From: a virus | Taxonomy: Duplodnaviria > Caudoviricetes | IMG/VR virus record: IMGVR_UViG_3300038520_000575 | Location: 1-55,430 of that record | Reading direction: 5' to 3' (one strand) | DNA: 55,430 nt | Shown: piece by piece, positions 45,801 to 54,282 of the stretch | Numbering within the stretch: position 1 is the first letter of the stretch | Layout: every line of letters starts with the position of its first letter | The notes under the pieces: generated by a model | Databases searched by the model: none | What the model was told of the DNA's origin: nothing | Seen by the model: the letters and a program-made list of their open reading frames with translations, nothing else | Position numbers and translations under genes: made by a program

Positions 45801-47564
45801 TTAGTTAGATAGGAAGCCTTGATTCTGATTAACAGAGTTGGCTTCGGGTTCTCTGTCAATATTTACGAAGCCAGCGTCTTCTTGAGCTATTTGTCTCATG
45901 CTTGCTTCTTGTAAATTCTCTGGTACTGTGGCATCAGCTACTGTCTTAGACCCCATAACTGTCATAGGAACAGCTGCTCCACCCACAGTTCCTAACAAAG
46001 CTTTTCCTGCAGCTCCTGTGATAACTTCTCCTGCAAAAGCGGCAGGTTCTTGAAGAGCCGTACGCACACCCTCGAATGTTAAAGCTCCTAAGATACCCCC
46101 ACCTATTATCTTGCCTGTTTTCTTAAAATTCTTGTATAATTCTGAAAAGGTATCTAAATCTAAACCTTTACTTTTCAAGTTTTCAAGCTTCTCAGGGTCG
46201 GGGTCTAATAATTCACTAGTAGGATTTAAGTTTGCTTGAAATTTTGCTTTTTCGTCGGCTCGTATTTCTTGAGTTTTTAATTCTCTTTGGACTTTAGCAC
46301 GGATTGCCGCTTCATCTAATTCGCCTAACTGCCCCTCAAGTGTTAGTCGTTCTGTTTGTAATTGAGCTGTACGCAGTTTTGATTCTTCAATTCGTTCTTC
46401 TCTTCTTGCCTTAACTAATTCTACATCTTCTTTATCTAACTCACCCTGAACCTGTGTACCTACAATCTCAGCACCCTTGGGGATAACCGCTAACTTTGGC
46501 GCACCTTCGACTGTTAAGCCTTTTGCTTCTACATTCAACATCGCTGGTAGCTCATTTAAAGTAGAAAGACCTAAAACTTCACCATACATATTCTGCAATG
46601 CACGGAGAGCTTGCTTGGCAGTAGTTCCTTCACCTGTAATAATTTGAGATGTGTAGTGTTTACGGGTGATGGCCTTCATGCCATCTACAGTCTCATCAAA
46701 AGATTTGTGACCCATAATAATACTGGATTCAGATTTGTACCCTAATTCAAACGCAATGATAGAGGGGACAATCTTACGAATATCCTTAGCACCCTCAAGT
46801 TCTCTGCCCATTGCTTTTTCAAAGGGTTTAAAGCGAGAAGCAATACCGTCCTTTGCCTTTACAGCAGTGGTCATCTTTTTTACAAAAGTTTGTTCTGCTT
46901 TTTTAGGGTCTACAACATCCTTACCTAAAAAGATGTACTCACGACCCTCGGCTCTGGCAACATCAGCCGCATCGCGGAGAATTTCTAGAGCCACCTCAGG
47001 AAGGTCAAGTTCGTTACGAATCTTGTTTACGCGACGGTACTCTTCCTTAAAAGCTCCTATTTCAAAATCAATATCATCAAGCTTAATACCAGCGACTTCT
47101 CCCGGACGAAGCGGGACTAAAGCGTTAAATGCTACTGCTGAACGAACTTGGGGGTTTTCAATGACTGCTATACCATCTGTCAGAGCTTTAAGTGACTGTT
47201 TAGCTGCTGGAACAGCTTTGAACGCCTTTGACCTACGTGCTTGGTCGGCTTGTGATAATGGTTTATCATCCACTTCTATTGCTCTAGCTTGACCCCCAGC
47301 ACCAAACACCTTTGCAAAAGGAGAAGGTTCTCCCCGTGCTGCGAAGGCACGTTCTAAAGTATTTTGGGTACTTAGTAATTCTACAAAAGTAGTCTCTTTT
47401 CCCACCTCATTAAGTTTTATCAGAAAATCTTCATCAGCAAGGCTTGACCACTTGTCGTCCATACTACGACCTGCAGCTTCGATGTAGCTTCTCATCTTAT
47501 CTCCAGCTTTACCTCTTATATCAAGAGCTTCGCCAATCGTAATATCTTTAGTTATTTCTGCCAT
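45801..47564 (-). CDS. Tyrosine recombinase-family protein with long C-terminal extension
   Basis: PLRPGEVAGIKLDDIDF (box I), KIRN, YIF, KDIRK, IMGH and RKHY catalytic motifs. Confidence 0.75.
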   Translation of the reverse strand: MAEITKDITIGEALDIRGKAGDKMRSYIEAAGRSMDDKWSSLADEDFLIKLNEVGKETTFVELLSTQNTLERAFAARGEPSPFAKVFGAGGQARAIEVDDKPLSQADQARRSKAFKAVPAAKQSLKALTDGIAVIENPQVRSAVAFNALVPLRPGEVAGIKLDDIDFEIGAFKEEYRRVNKIRNELDLPEVALEILRDAADVARAEGREYIFLGKDVVDPKKAEQTFVKKMTTAVKAKDGIASRFKPFEKAMGRELEGAKDIRKIVPSIIAFELGYKSESSIIMGHKSFDETVDGMKAITRKHYTSQIITGEGTTAKQALRALQNMYGEVLGLSTLNELPAMLNVEAKGLTVEGAPKLAVIPKGAEIVGTQVQGELDKEDVELVKARREERIEESKLRTAQLQTERLTLEGQLGELDEAAIRAKVQRELKTQEIRADEKAKFQANLNPTSELLDPDPEKLENLKSKGLDLDTFSELYKNFKKTGKIIGGGILGALTFEGVRTALQEPAAFAGEVITGAAGKALLGTVGGAAVPMTVMGSKTVADATVPENLQEASMRQIAQEDAGFVNIDREPEANSVNQNQGFLSN

Positions 47565-49268
47565 CTAGTATCCAAATGTAGCATCAAAGGGTTGGAATGC
47601 TTGGTCTTTTATGCCTTGCAAAGTTTTGTGTATCGATGTATAACCGTTCGTACGAGTCATAACCATATATCGTAGAGCATCGTATGCGTGGTCTTCAGCT
47701 TTTGTATCAACGTCTTCACTATTGGTTTTGGACAGCGGAATGCCTGACATCTGTGCGACGGTGTGTTTACAGGTGGAGAAGATGCGTAAACGTGGTTCTT
47801 TGGTATAAGGGTCGTCCGCTAGTCTTCTGTGTAATTCCATTTTTCCTTGCAGTCTGTTTCTGTCTGATGGTGTCCATCTAACACCAGCACGCATCATAGT
47901 TTCTGCAATCGAAGGCCCGAAGCCTGTCTTGTTCCAGCAGGAAGAGTCTAGTACATTATAGTGGGGTAGAGGGTCTAATTCCTCCATCTCTAGTATTTTA
48001 TCGGCTAGCTGTTCTGCTGTCAAGTGTTTGGCGTACAACTCCCTGTAAACCCAAATATTATTATCCCAATCAATAGCACCCCACAGAACACAAGAAGGGG
48101 ACGCATAACCGTAGTCTGCTGCTCGTATGCGAGGCCAGTTAGTGGGTAAATCAAAATGTTCGACAACATGCCTGCTCCTTGAGAACTCTGGGAATGCCGC
48201 ACCCTCTGCAACATCCCAGTCACCTTCTAATAAGCGACGACGCTCAACGTCGGGTAGAGAACGGAGCATCGCCTCATATTGCCCGTCAGCCATTAGGTAC
48301 GGATTGTCCGTGAGACGGGCAGGTACGAATTTACGATAGAACAGAGGCTTACCTTCCTTCTCGTGACCCTTAGGCCATAGGAAGGGTTTACCTGTTTCTA
48401 AATCTGAAGCTGGGAACGGTTTGTTGTGTTCCGCTATATCTATGTACATCTTCTTGACCCACCAGCCACCAACTCCCCCCGGGTTTGCTGTGCAACGCAT
48501 ACAGAGGTTTCTCTGTAGCTCTTGGTCTGTACTACGAAGACGTGACCTGAGATAATCCCACACGTAGCTTGTTGGGTACTGGGTTATCTCGTCTATGCCT
48601 ATCCAGTTGAAAGCCTGTCCTTGGAAACGTGTTACGTCCTTATCTCTGTCGAGATAGGTGAACCACATGGTTGCACCTGACGGGAAGACCCACGTTGACT
48701 TCGACTCTCGAAAGGTCGCTCCGGGGAACGCCTTGGGATATAGTTGTTTCGCTTTATCTATAAGTTCTGTTAGTTCATCCAGTGTACGACGAAGTAGTAA
48801 GCCCCTATGGTTAGGATTGTGGCAATACCTGAGAGGGTCAGCCAGTAGAGCGAAGCTCTTGCCGCCCCCTGCCGCTCCACCGTAAAGAACGTCCTGCTCT
48901 GGCGCAGATAAGAACTCTTCCTGAGGGCCTTCGTTCGGCTTGAATATAACGGGTGCATCATCGATTATCTCTTTCACAGTAGAGGGTAGGTTAGATACGT
49001 CGTCCATATCTATAACACGCGTACTCTTCTGGTTCAAGGCTGATTCTACTTTCTTCGCACTCTTCTTCAGGACGCGTGCGTAGTCAGCCTTCTGCTGTGA
49101 TTTCTTCTGTAACTTCTCTTTTGCACGCTCTGCCTTGCGAACGCGTGCCTGTAGAGCGCGTCTTGCCCGTTCCTTACGAGATAGATTGTACACCGCCTTA
49201 GGAGCGTTGGGGTCTTTTTTGGGTCTACCCCGTGGCTTCTTAGGCATTTCGTCTGGCCATTCAGCCAT
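47565..49268 (-). CDS. terL: Terminase large subunit
   Basis: YGGAAGGGKS Walker A, IGIDE Walker B, TANPGG, ADYG and EDHAYDALRY nuclease motifs. Confidence 0.95.
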   Translation of the reverse strand: MAEWPDEMPKKPRGRPKKDPNAPKAVYNLSRKERARRALQARVRKAERAKEKLQKKSQQKADYARVLKKSAKKVESALNQKSTRVIDMDDVSNLPSTVKEIIDDAPVIFKPNEGPQEEFLSAPEQDVLYGGAAGGGKSFALLADPLRYCHNPNHRGLLLRRTLDELTELIDKAKQLYPKAFPGATFRESKSTWVFPSGATMWFTYLDRDKDVTRFQGQAFNWIGIDEITQYPTSYVWDYLRSRLRSTDQELQRNLCMRCTANPGGVGGWWVKKMYIDIAEHNKPFPASDLETGKPFLWPKGHEKEGKPLFYRKFVPARLTDNPYLMADGQYEAMLRSLPDVERRRLLEGDWDVAEGAAFPEFSRSRHVVEHFDLPTNWPRIRAADYGYASPSCVLWGAIDWDNNIWVYRELYAKHLTAEQLADKILEMEELDPLPHYNVLDSSCWNKTGFGPSIAETMMRAGVRWTPSDRNRLQGKMELHRRLADDPYTKEPRLRIFSTCKHTVAQMSGIPLSKTNSEDVDTKAEDHAYDALRYMVMTRTNGYTSIHKTLQGIKDQAFQPFDATFGY

Positions 49269-49659
49269 CTATTACCACTTCTTTCTTTGGTGGTAGTAAG
49301 ACTACCCCGTGAATTGCCTGAACGTTGTGGTTCATTGTCTCTTGTTTACCAAGACCAACCCTATTTAGTATCGATTCTGCAGCACGTAGACGTAAATCGT
49401 CCCCTCGCTCGACCACTGGGGTGTCTACAAGCTCTACCATCCTGTTTGCAGCACGCAAACTATGTCCTGCTAGCAAAGATTTGGTTCGTTCGACTATTTC
49501 TTCTGCTAATTTATCGCGTAACCACGATACTGAGCCTACAGAATAGCCTGCAACCTCTGCAGCTTTGTTGAAATTGCCGTTATTCTCGAACAAAGCAGTC
49601 AGGAATGTCTCCTGTTTCTCAGATAACTGCTTTTTAGGAGCTTGTTGTACTAAATTCAT
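49261..49659 (-). CDS. terS: Terminase small subunit
   Basis: LSEKQETF...AAEVAGYS HTH; directly upstream of terL. Confidence 0.75.
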   Translation of the reverse strand: MNLVQQAPKKQLSEKQETFLTALFENNGNFNKAAEVAGYSVGSVSWLRDKLAEEIVERTKSLLAGHSLRAANRMVELVDTPVVERGDDLRLRAAESILNRVGLGKQETMNHNVQAIHGVVLLPPKKEVVIDG

Positions 49660-49769
49660 GGGTTATTCCTAGTTATTTGATGCTGGGAAGCGTACCGAAG
49701 ACCTAAATGGAAAGGAAATTATCGCTATGTGTGGGGTCGTTCGCTGTTTTGCAAGCCCCAGCACTCTTT

Positions 49770-49798
49770 ATTATGGGGTTGGTACAGATTATTGTCAA
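49770..49798 (-). promoter_or_regulatory. sigma70-like promoter of the late operon
   Basis: Minus strand TTGACA-N17-CATAAT upstream of terS. Confidence 0.7.
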
Positions 49799-49827
49799 TA
49801 AAAAATTTGACACCCTGCATTTTTTAG

Positions 49828-49856
49828 TTGACAGGATGTAAATCTGACCCTATCAT
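49828..49856 (+). promoter_or_regulatory. sigma70-like promoter with no downstream + strand gene
   Basis: TTGACA-N17-TATCAT. Confidence 0.65.
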
Positions 49857-49900
49857 GGCAGTACACCTGCCGGGGGAAACCCCATAGGGTATACTCCCTA
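49857..49900 (+). ncRNA. Candidate structured ncRNA 5' end (three tandem hairpins)
   Basis: GGCAG-TACAC-CTGCC, GGGG-GAAA-CCCC and TAGGG-TATACT-CCCTA directly after the promoter. Confidence 0.35.
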
Positions 49901-50272
49901 CACGTTCGTCGGGAATACCATACAGGAAACTCCAAAATATAAAAAAATATGTCGACATTGCTACGCAAATGCACCCGCCCCCCGGTGTCCCATGCGTGCG
50001 CCCACAAGGTAAATTTATTTGTTTTACCTCATTGATGTGGCACTATCCTGACTATTGACCGCACCCCCAACATAAAGCCCAACTGCAACCCTCGAAGGTA
50101 TACGCACCCGCCCGCGCCCGTGTGCGCGTTTTGTCATTTGTCATTAAGCTGTATCGATAACCCGCAAGGGAAGAGATAGAGAAGAAAAAGCGTAGCAATA
50201 ACCCGAACACTACACCCGCCAATAAACCAACAAGAACAAGCCTTTGATTATTATTCTGGCATTTAGGCAAAC

Positions 50273-50309
50273 AAAAACCCCCAGACCATATGGAGGAAGT
50301 CTGGAGGCT
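50273..50309 (-). terminator. Rho-independent terminator of the early cluster
   Basis: GCCTCCAGAC-(TTCCTCCATATG)-GTCTGGGGGT followed by TTTTGTTT. Confidence 0.75.
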
Positions 50310-50350
50310 TTCGCGGGAGGAAACCCAAGTCAACATAGGAGAATTTTAGT

Positions 50351-50593
50351 TTATACTTTTTCCCCGTTGATATCAACCTTAAAATAAGGAATATCCGCAA
50401 GCGTTTTTATCTGCTTATTATAAGTATATTCCTCAATGCCAAAAGTCTTGAGCATTTCTTGCAAGGTATTCATCTGGGAATTAATATGCTTTACAGTTTT
50501 AGCAACAAGCACCAACTGCTCATGTGGGATAACTGCAAAGTTCTCAGACTCTTTTTCATTAGTGATATTATAAGTAATATTATTTTTATGCAT
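50351..50593 (-). CDS. Hypothetical protein
   Basis: GAGAGG SD; overlaps the upstream stop. Confidence 0.65.
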   Translation of the reverse strand: MHKNNITYNITNEKESENFAVIPHEQLVLVAKTVKHINSQMNTLQEMLKTFGIEEYTYNKQIKTLADIPYFKVDINGEKV

Positions 50594-51107
50594 TTTCTTT
50601 CCTCTCGTTGAGTTTGTAAATTGTGCGGTAACTTCTGCCCGCCTGATTGATATCCTTTGTTATAATATCATAATTTAAATTACGCAAGACTTTTATAGAT
50701 TCGCTAACAGTCCCGCGCTTACGTCCAATACTTCCCGCTATAGTCGGAATCGCTACAAAGTGACCGCGAGATATTTCACGCAATACAGCCTTATCAGTTG
50801 GATTGAGTTTATCGCGATACTTTCCGACTGTCTTAACTTCAACGGGTTTTCTATTTAGTTTGTCCTTGTCTTCATCTGGTATGGAATCCCCGAACACGTT
50901 CGCAAGGAATTTTTTTGTTGTCTCGTGTTCGTGTTGGTCGTTCTTCATTACCTGTTCAAGACGTCCAGACATTACGTTGACAGCACCCCAGAGAGTTCGG
51001 CAAGCGTCCTTAACTTCAATAAGTGATTGCCCGTACAATTTATAATCGCGAATTGATGGGATATCTTCTTCAGTAGGGATTAAATTATTAGGATATTTTT
51101 TATTCAT
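50586..51107 (-). CDS. Protein with C-terminal (winged) HTH domain
   Basis: LNPTDKAVLREI...IPTIAGSIGRKRGTVSESIKVLR...YKL. Confidence 0.7.
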   Translation of the reverse strand: MNKKYPNNLIPTEEDIPSIRDYKLYGQSLIEVKDACRTLWGAVNVMSGRLEQVMKNDQHEHETTKKFLANVFGDSIPDEDKDKLNRKPVEVKTVGKYRDKLNPTDKAVLREISRGHFVAIPTIAGSIGRKRGTVSESIKVLRNLNYDIITKDINQAGRSYRTIYKLNERKENA

Positions 51108-51123
51108 CGTTTAAGTTCCTTTT

Positions 51124-51204
51124 CTAGTTAATGAATATTGCATAAATAATAAGACAAAGTAGAACAACAGTCATTGTTCTATAAATAATATATAAACCTT
51201 CCAA
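51124..51204 (-). CDS. 26-aa membrane peptide (not in ORF track)
   Basis: TTG start after GAGGTG; MEGLYIIYRTMTVVLLCLIIYAIFIN; fills the intergenic gap. Confidence 0.5.
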   Translation of the reverse strand: MEGLYIIYRTMTVVLLCLIIYAIFIN

Positions 51205-52191
51205 TTAAGCCACCTCGCATAAGGTTTGCCAGTCTGGTGACGTTATCACGTCCCGCACTTCATCTTGACGTTTACGTCTGATGTCGTGTTGTTTCTGGTT
51301 TTCCTTACCTCTCGCCTCTATTGTATGTGTTGACCAGTGAGTGAGCGCATTATATCCCGCCCAGACAGTTTCACCCAGTTCCTTTGATTCCTCAAAAAAC
51401 TGCTCCAGTAAATACTCCAGTAATTTTTCATTTACTGGTCTGGATTCTGGTCTAACATAATCTGCGCTTTTCTTCTCAGGTTTTTTACAGAGCGTATTAC
51501 GTAGAATATGAGCAAAGCTCTCAACATCAAGAAGTGTTCGCGCCCAGTTATTCATCAAGTCGCGTTGAGCGTCGAACATCTCCAGACTAAGCACACTCTT
51601 TCCAATCATCGCGGGAACGTCTAAGCCTCTAGTATGTTTCCGTTTCTGGTGATATGCCTTCTGCCCGCCAAATACAAGCGAGTTTCGGCATAAGTCACGA
51701 TAAGCACCAGAGAATATTTGAAAAGCCCAAGACATATCTATGCTATTATAAATGTCAATTCTTGGAACAACAGCATCGTCAATAGAACGCGAATTGATGT
51801 CATGTTTTAGGTCGGTAAAGTACACAGTACGGTGCGCTTTTTTACCGTCCTCGAAAAGCCTGTCGACTACCTCGACGCGCCTGTCGTCGAAGTTACTATC
51901 CTCGATTTGTTTAGCTTGTTCGTCGAACGCACTCTGATGTGATACCAGATTATAAGTTCTGGCAATCGGTCGCATATTTAGAACGCGTCCAATAGCTACA
52001 TTAAACACCGCAGAGTAATCTGTTAAACTTTCCATCGTGTCAAATGTTGGCTCATTTGCAAAGACTGGTATTCTTTCAAATTGGGCATATGCCTTATAGA
52101 GTGACATGTCGCGTAAATCATTATGTTTGTATGACATACCACCACGAATAACATTAAACCCGTTACTGCTGTTTTCTACTATATCTAACAT
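51205..52191 (-). CDS. DUF932-like protein
   Basis: YNLVSH, YNSIDMS, GAYRDLCRNS, RKHT and TVWAGYNALTHWSTH motifs. Confidence 0.75.
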   Translation of the reverse strand: MLDIVENSSNGFNVIRGGMSYKHNDLRDMSLYKAYAQFERIPVFANEPTFDTMESLTDYSAVFNVAIGRVLNMRPIARTYNLVSHQSAFDEQAKQIEDSNFDDRRVEVVDRLFEDGKKAHRTVYFTDLKHDINSRSIDDAVVPRIDIYNSIDMSWAFQIFSGAYRDLCRNSLVFGGQKAYHQKRKHTRGLDVPAMIGKSVLSLEMFDAQRDLMNNWARTLLDVESFAHILRNTLCKKPEKKSADYVRPESRPVNEKLLEYLLEQFFEESKELGETVWAGYNALTHWSTHTIEARGKENQKQHDIRRKRQDEVRDVITSPDWQTLCEVA

Positions 52192-52214
52192 TTTGTATCC
52201 TTTCCTATGTTAGT

Positions 52215-52838
52215 TTAAATGTCGTGAAGTCTTTTCCACGTTAGCCAAGTTATAGCTTGCATCTCGTAAGCTCTCAAGCTCTTTTTTCGGTATGTGGTAA
52301 TCGCGCCCGCGTTCCTATACGCGTCCTGAATCTCTACATACTTTGTTTTGTTGATGTAATTACTTGGACTGGTGAGCGGGAAACGTCGTCCTTCATAGAT
52401 GCCCAGAGCGTGACCATCGACGCAACACGTATCATATCCCAGAATACACTGAAAAAACGATTTTATTTTTTGCCCGTTGAGTATCTTTTCTATTTCAGAG
52501 TCAAGGACGTGTGTTGTCCCGTCATCATCAACAAAAGTTGCGTTGAGTATTTGCCATGCCTTCTCTTTCATCGCGTTATAAGTAGACACTGGAAAACTGG
52601 TTATCTCGTCACCGTCTATAAAAGCCTCACACATTACGTGTGCATTCTCAATGTTACGTTCCCATTTGTTATTAGGTGACAGTGCCGACACAACACCCAC
52701 CACGACATTGACAGGTAAGCCGAACAAGTTCGCGATGCGTTCGCAATCCGAATAAGCGTTCGCGTACCATGTCACACCGTACCGACGTTCTGCGGGTGTT
52801 GATAGATTATATATTTTTAAGATGTTTTTTCCTGACAT
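52215..52838 (-). CDS. Conserved phage protein with possible HhH-GPD-like fold
   Basis: WY...SALSPNNKWERN, GQKIKSF, CVDGHA and MQAITW motifs. Confidence 0.55.
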   Translation of the reverse strand: MSGKNILKIYNLSTPAERRYGVTWYANAYSDCERIANLFGLPVNVVVGVVSALSPNNKWERNIENAHVMCEAFIDGDEITSFPVSTYNAMKEKAWQILNATFVDDDGTTHVLDSEIEKILNGQKIKSFFQCILGYDTCCVDGHALGIYEGRRFPLTSPSNYINKTKYVEIQDAYRNAGAITTYRKKSLRAYEMQAITWLTWKRLHDI

Positions 52839-52876
52839 ACTTAATGTCTCCTTTCGCTAGCTAGTAAAAGATAGCG

Positions 52877-54004
52877 TTAGGTTTTTGTCAAGTTCTTTAT
52901 TATGTGCGCGATAACGTCAACAGTGAAACCGTTACCCAACATTTTATAGCGTTGAGTATTAGAAACGTGATTGGTGTAATTATCAGGAACAGTCTGCAAG
53001 CGTTCGCACTCTAGCGGTGTAAGCTTGCGCCAACGTAACGCGTCTAGGCTTACTGCAACGTTGTCTTTCTGGACTGTCGTTAGTGCGTTTGTCTTCTCGT
53101 CAAGTCTTACTTCGAGTCGTTGTTTTGTCAGTCCCTTTGTCTCTTGTTTGTGGTCTTGTCTCACACCGTCAATAACGTAGCGTCCTCGCCATGCACCACA
53201 GAGTATCTTGGGTTCACGGTTGCCACCTTGCATTGTTGTTAGCGTGGGCGATTTGCCATCGATGTGGTAAACACGTTTGAGTATGTCATGTCCGTTTAAG
53301 TCTGCGTCGCCAACGTGACACAAACCGTCATCACTAAATACAAGTTGCCGTCTGTGTTTCTGGAAGTACGACTTGAGGTTGCCACCCTTCCAATAGTTCG
53401 CGTCGAGACAGTGTGCTTTGTCTCTATCTACAAATCCATCCTCTATGATATCGCGAAGAACTAACCCCTTGTCGTCAGGTTTTGTCACGTCTGGTATGTT
53501 CGTCCAGTACAGACGTTTGCGACACTGAGGCGACACAAGAGAGCTATTTATTTCTATTGGCTTTACTCCAAGTGCGTCAGATATTATGTCCTGATACTGT
53601 TGTTTCATCTTGACATTCTCAAGTAGAAAATAAGTAGGCTTTAGCTCTTTGAGTAATCTCACATATTCCCAAAACAACTTACTGCGTGGGTCGTCAAAGT
53701 TTAGTTGCTTACCCGCAAAGCTAAACCCTTGGCATGGTGAACCCCCAACAAGTAAATCAATCTTCTCGTGATTTTCCCAATTCTTTGGCATACCATAATT
53801 ATCAACCTTAACACGCAACAAACCATTATGTATTTCAATCTCTTGAACATCACCTAAATGTACAATTTCAGGATAATTTGCTTTTGCTACCTTGATAGGG
53901 TATGGGTCTATCTCACTTGCGTAGTATTTTGTCACAGGAATACCCGCTCTATCAAGAGCGATACGAAAACAACCCATACCATCAAACAGACTAAGAACTC
54001 GCAT
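52877..54004 (-). CDS. dcm: DNA (cytosine-5) methyltransferase
   Basis: LSLFDGMG, GGSPCQGFS, LENV, QCRKRLYW, LTPLECERLQ and YKMLGNG motifs. Confidence 0.93.
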   Translation of the reverse strand: MRVLSLFDGMGCFRIALDRAGIPVTKYYASEIDPYPIKVAKANYPEIVHLGDVQEIEIHNGLLRVKVDNYGMPKNWENHEKIDLLVGGSPCQGFSFAGKQLNFDDPRSKLFWEYVRLLKELKPTYFLLENVKMKQQYQDIISDALGVKPIEINSSLVSPQCRKRLYWTNIPDVTKPDDKGLVLRDIIEDGFVDRDKAHCLDANYWKGGNLKSYFQKHRRQLVFSDDGLCHVGDADLNGHDILKRVYHIDGKSPTLTTMQGGNREPKILCGAWRGRYVIDGVRQDHKQETKGLTKQRLEVRLDEKTNALTTVQKDNVAVSLDALRWRKLTPLECERLQTVPDNYTNHVSNTQRYKMLGNGFTVDVIAHIIKNLTKT

Positions 54005-54278
54005 TACCATCTCCTTCTTCCATTAAGAGTACATTACTTTTATATTCTGATATGAACATAAAACCACCACCATTGCCTTCTTCATCCTTAGACACTTCTA
54101 CACGCAAGGTTGGGTGTCCCGCTTTGTGTAGCACGAAACTAGCAAACCCATCCTCACCTACACCGTCAGTGTCTTTCATACCGTCGAACGTAGATATAGT
54201 ATATCCCTCAAGTTGTCCATAGTATTCTCGAAACCACTTCTCTCGCTTTTCCATGATGTCTTCTATATGATTAGTCAT
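53991..54278 (-). CDS. Hypothetical protein
   Basis: AGGAG SD; SKDEEGNGGGF motif. Confidence 0.7.
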   Translation of the reverse strand: MTNHIEDIMEKREKWFREYYGQLEGYTISTFDGMKDTDGVGEDGFASFVLHKAGHPTLRVEVSKDEEGNGGGFMFISEYKSNVLLMEEGDGNASS

Positions 54279-54282
54279 AATC

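Noticed and set aside
45801-47564. Firm call as protelomerase or as classical integrase
   Set aside because: I found no long perfect palindrome (tel site) and no tRNA-like attP, so it is left as tyrosine recombinase family.
11300-49600. Numerous + strand ORFs of 60-185 aa within the late module
   Set aside because: They lie antisense to well-supported genes, and I saw no motifs or RBS support for them.
49660-50350. tRNA gene, and the ORFs 49795-50007 and 50052-50336
   Set aside because: No cloverleaf or T-loop consensus. The ORFs lack convincing RBSs, overlap promoters or the terminator, and have atypical composition.
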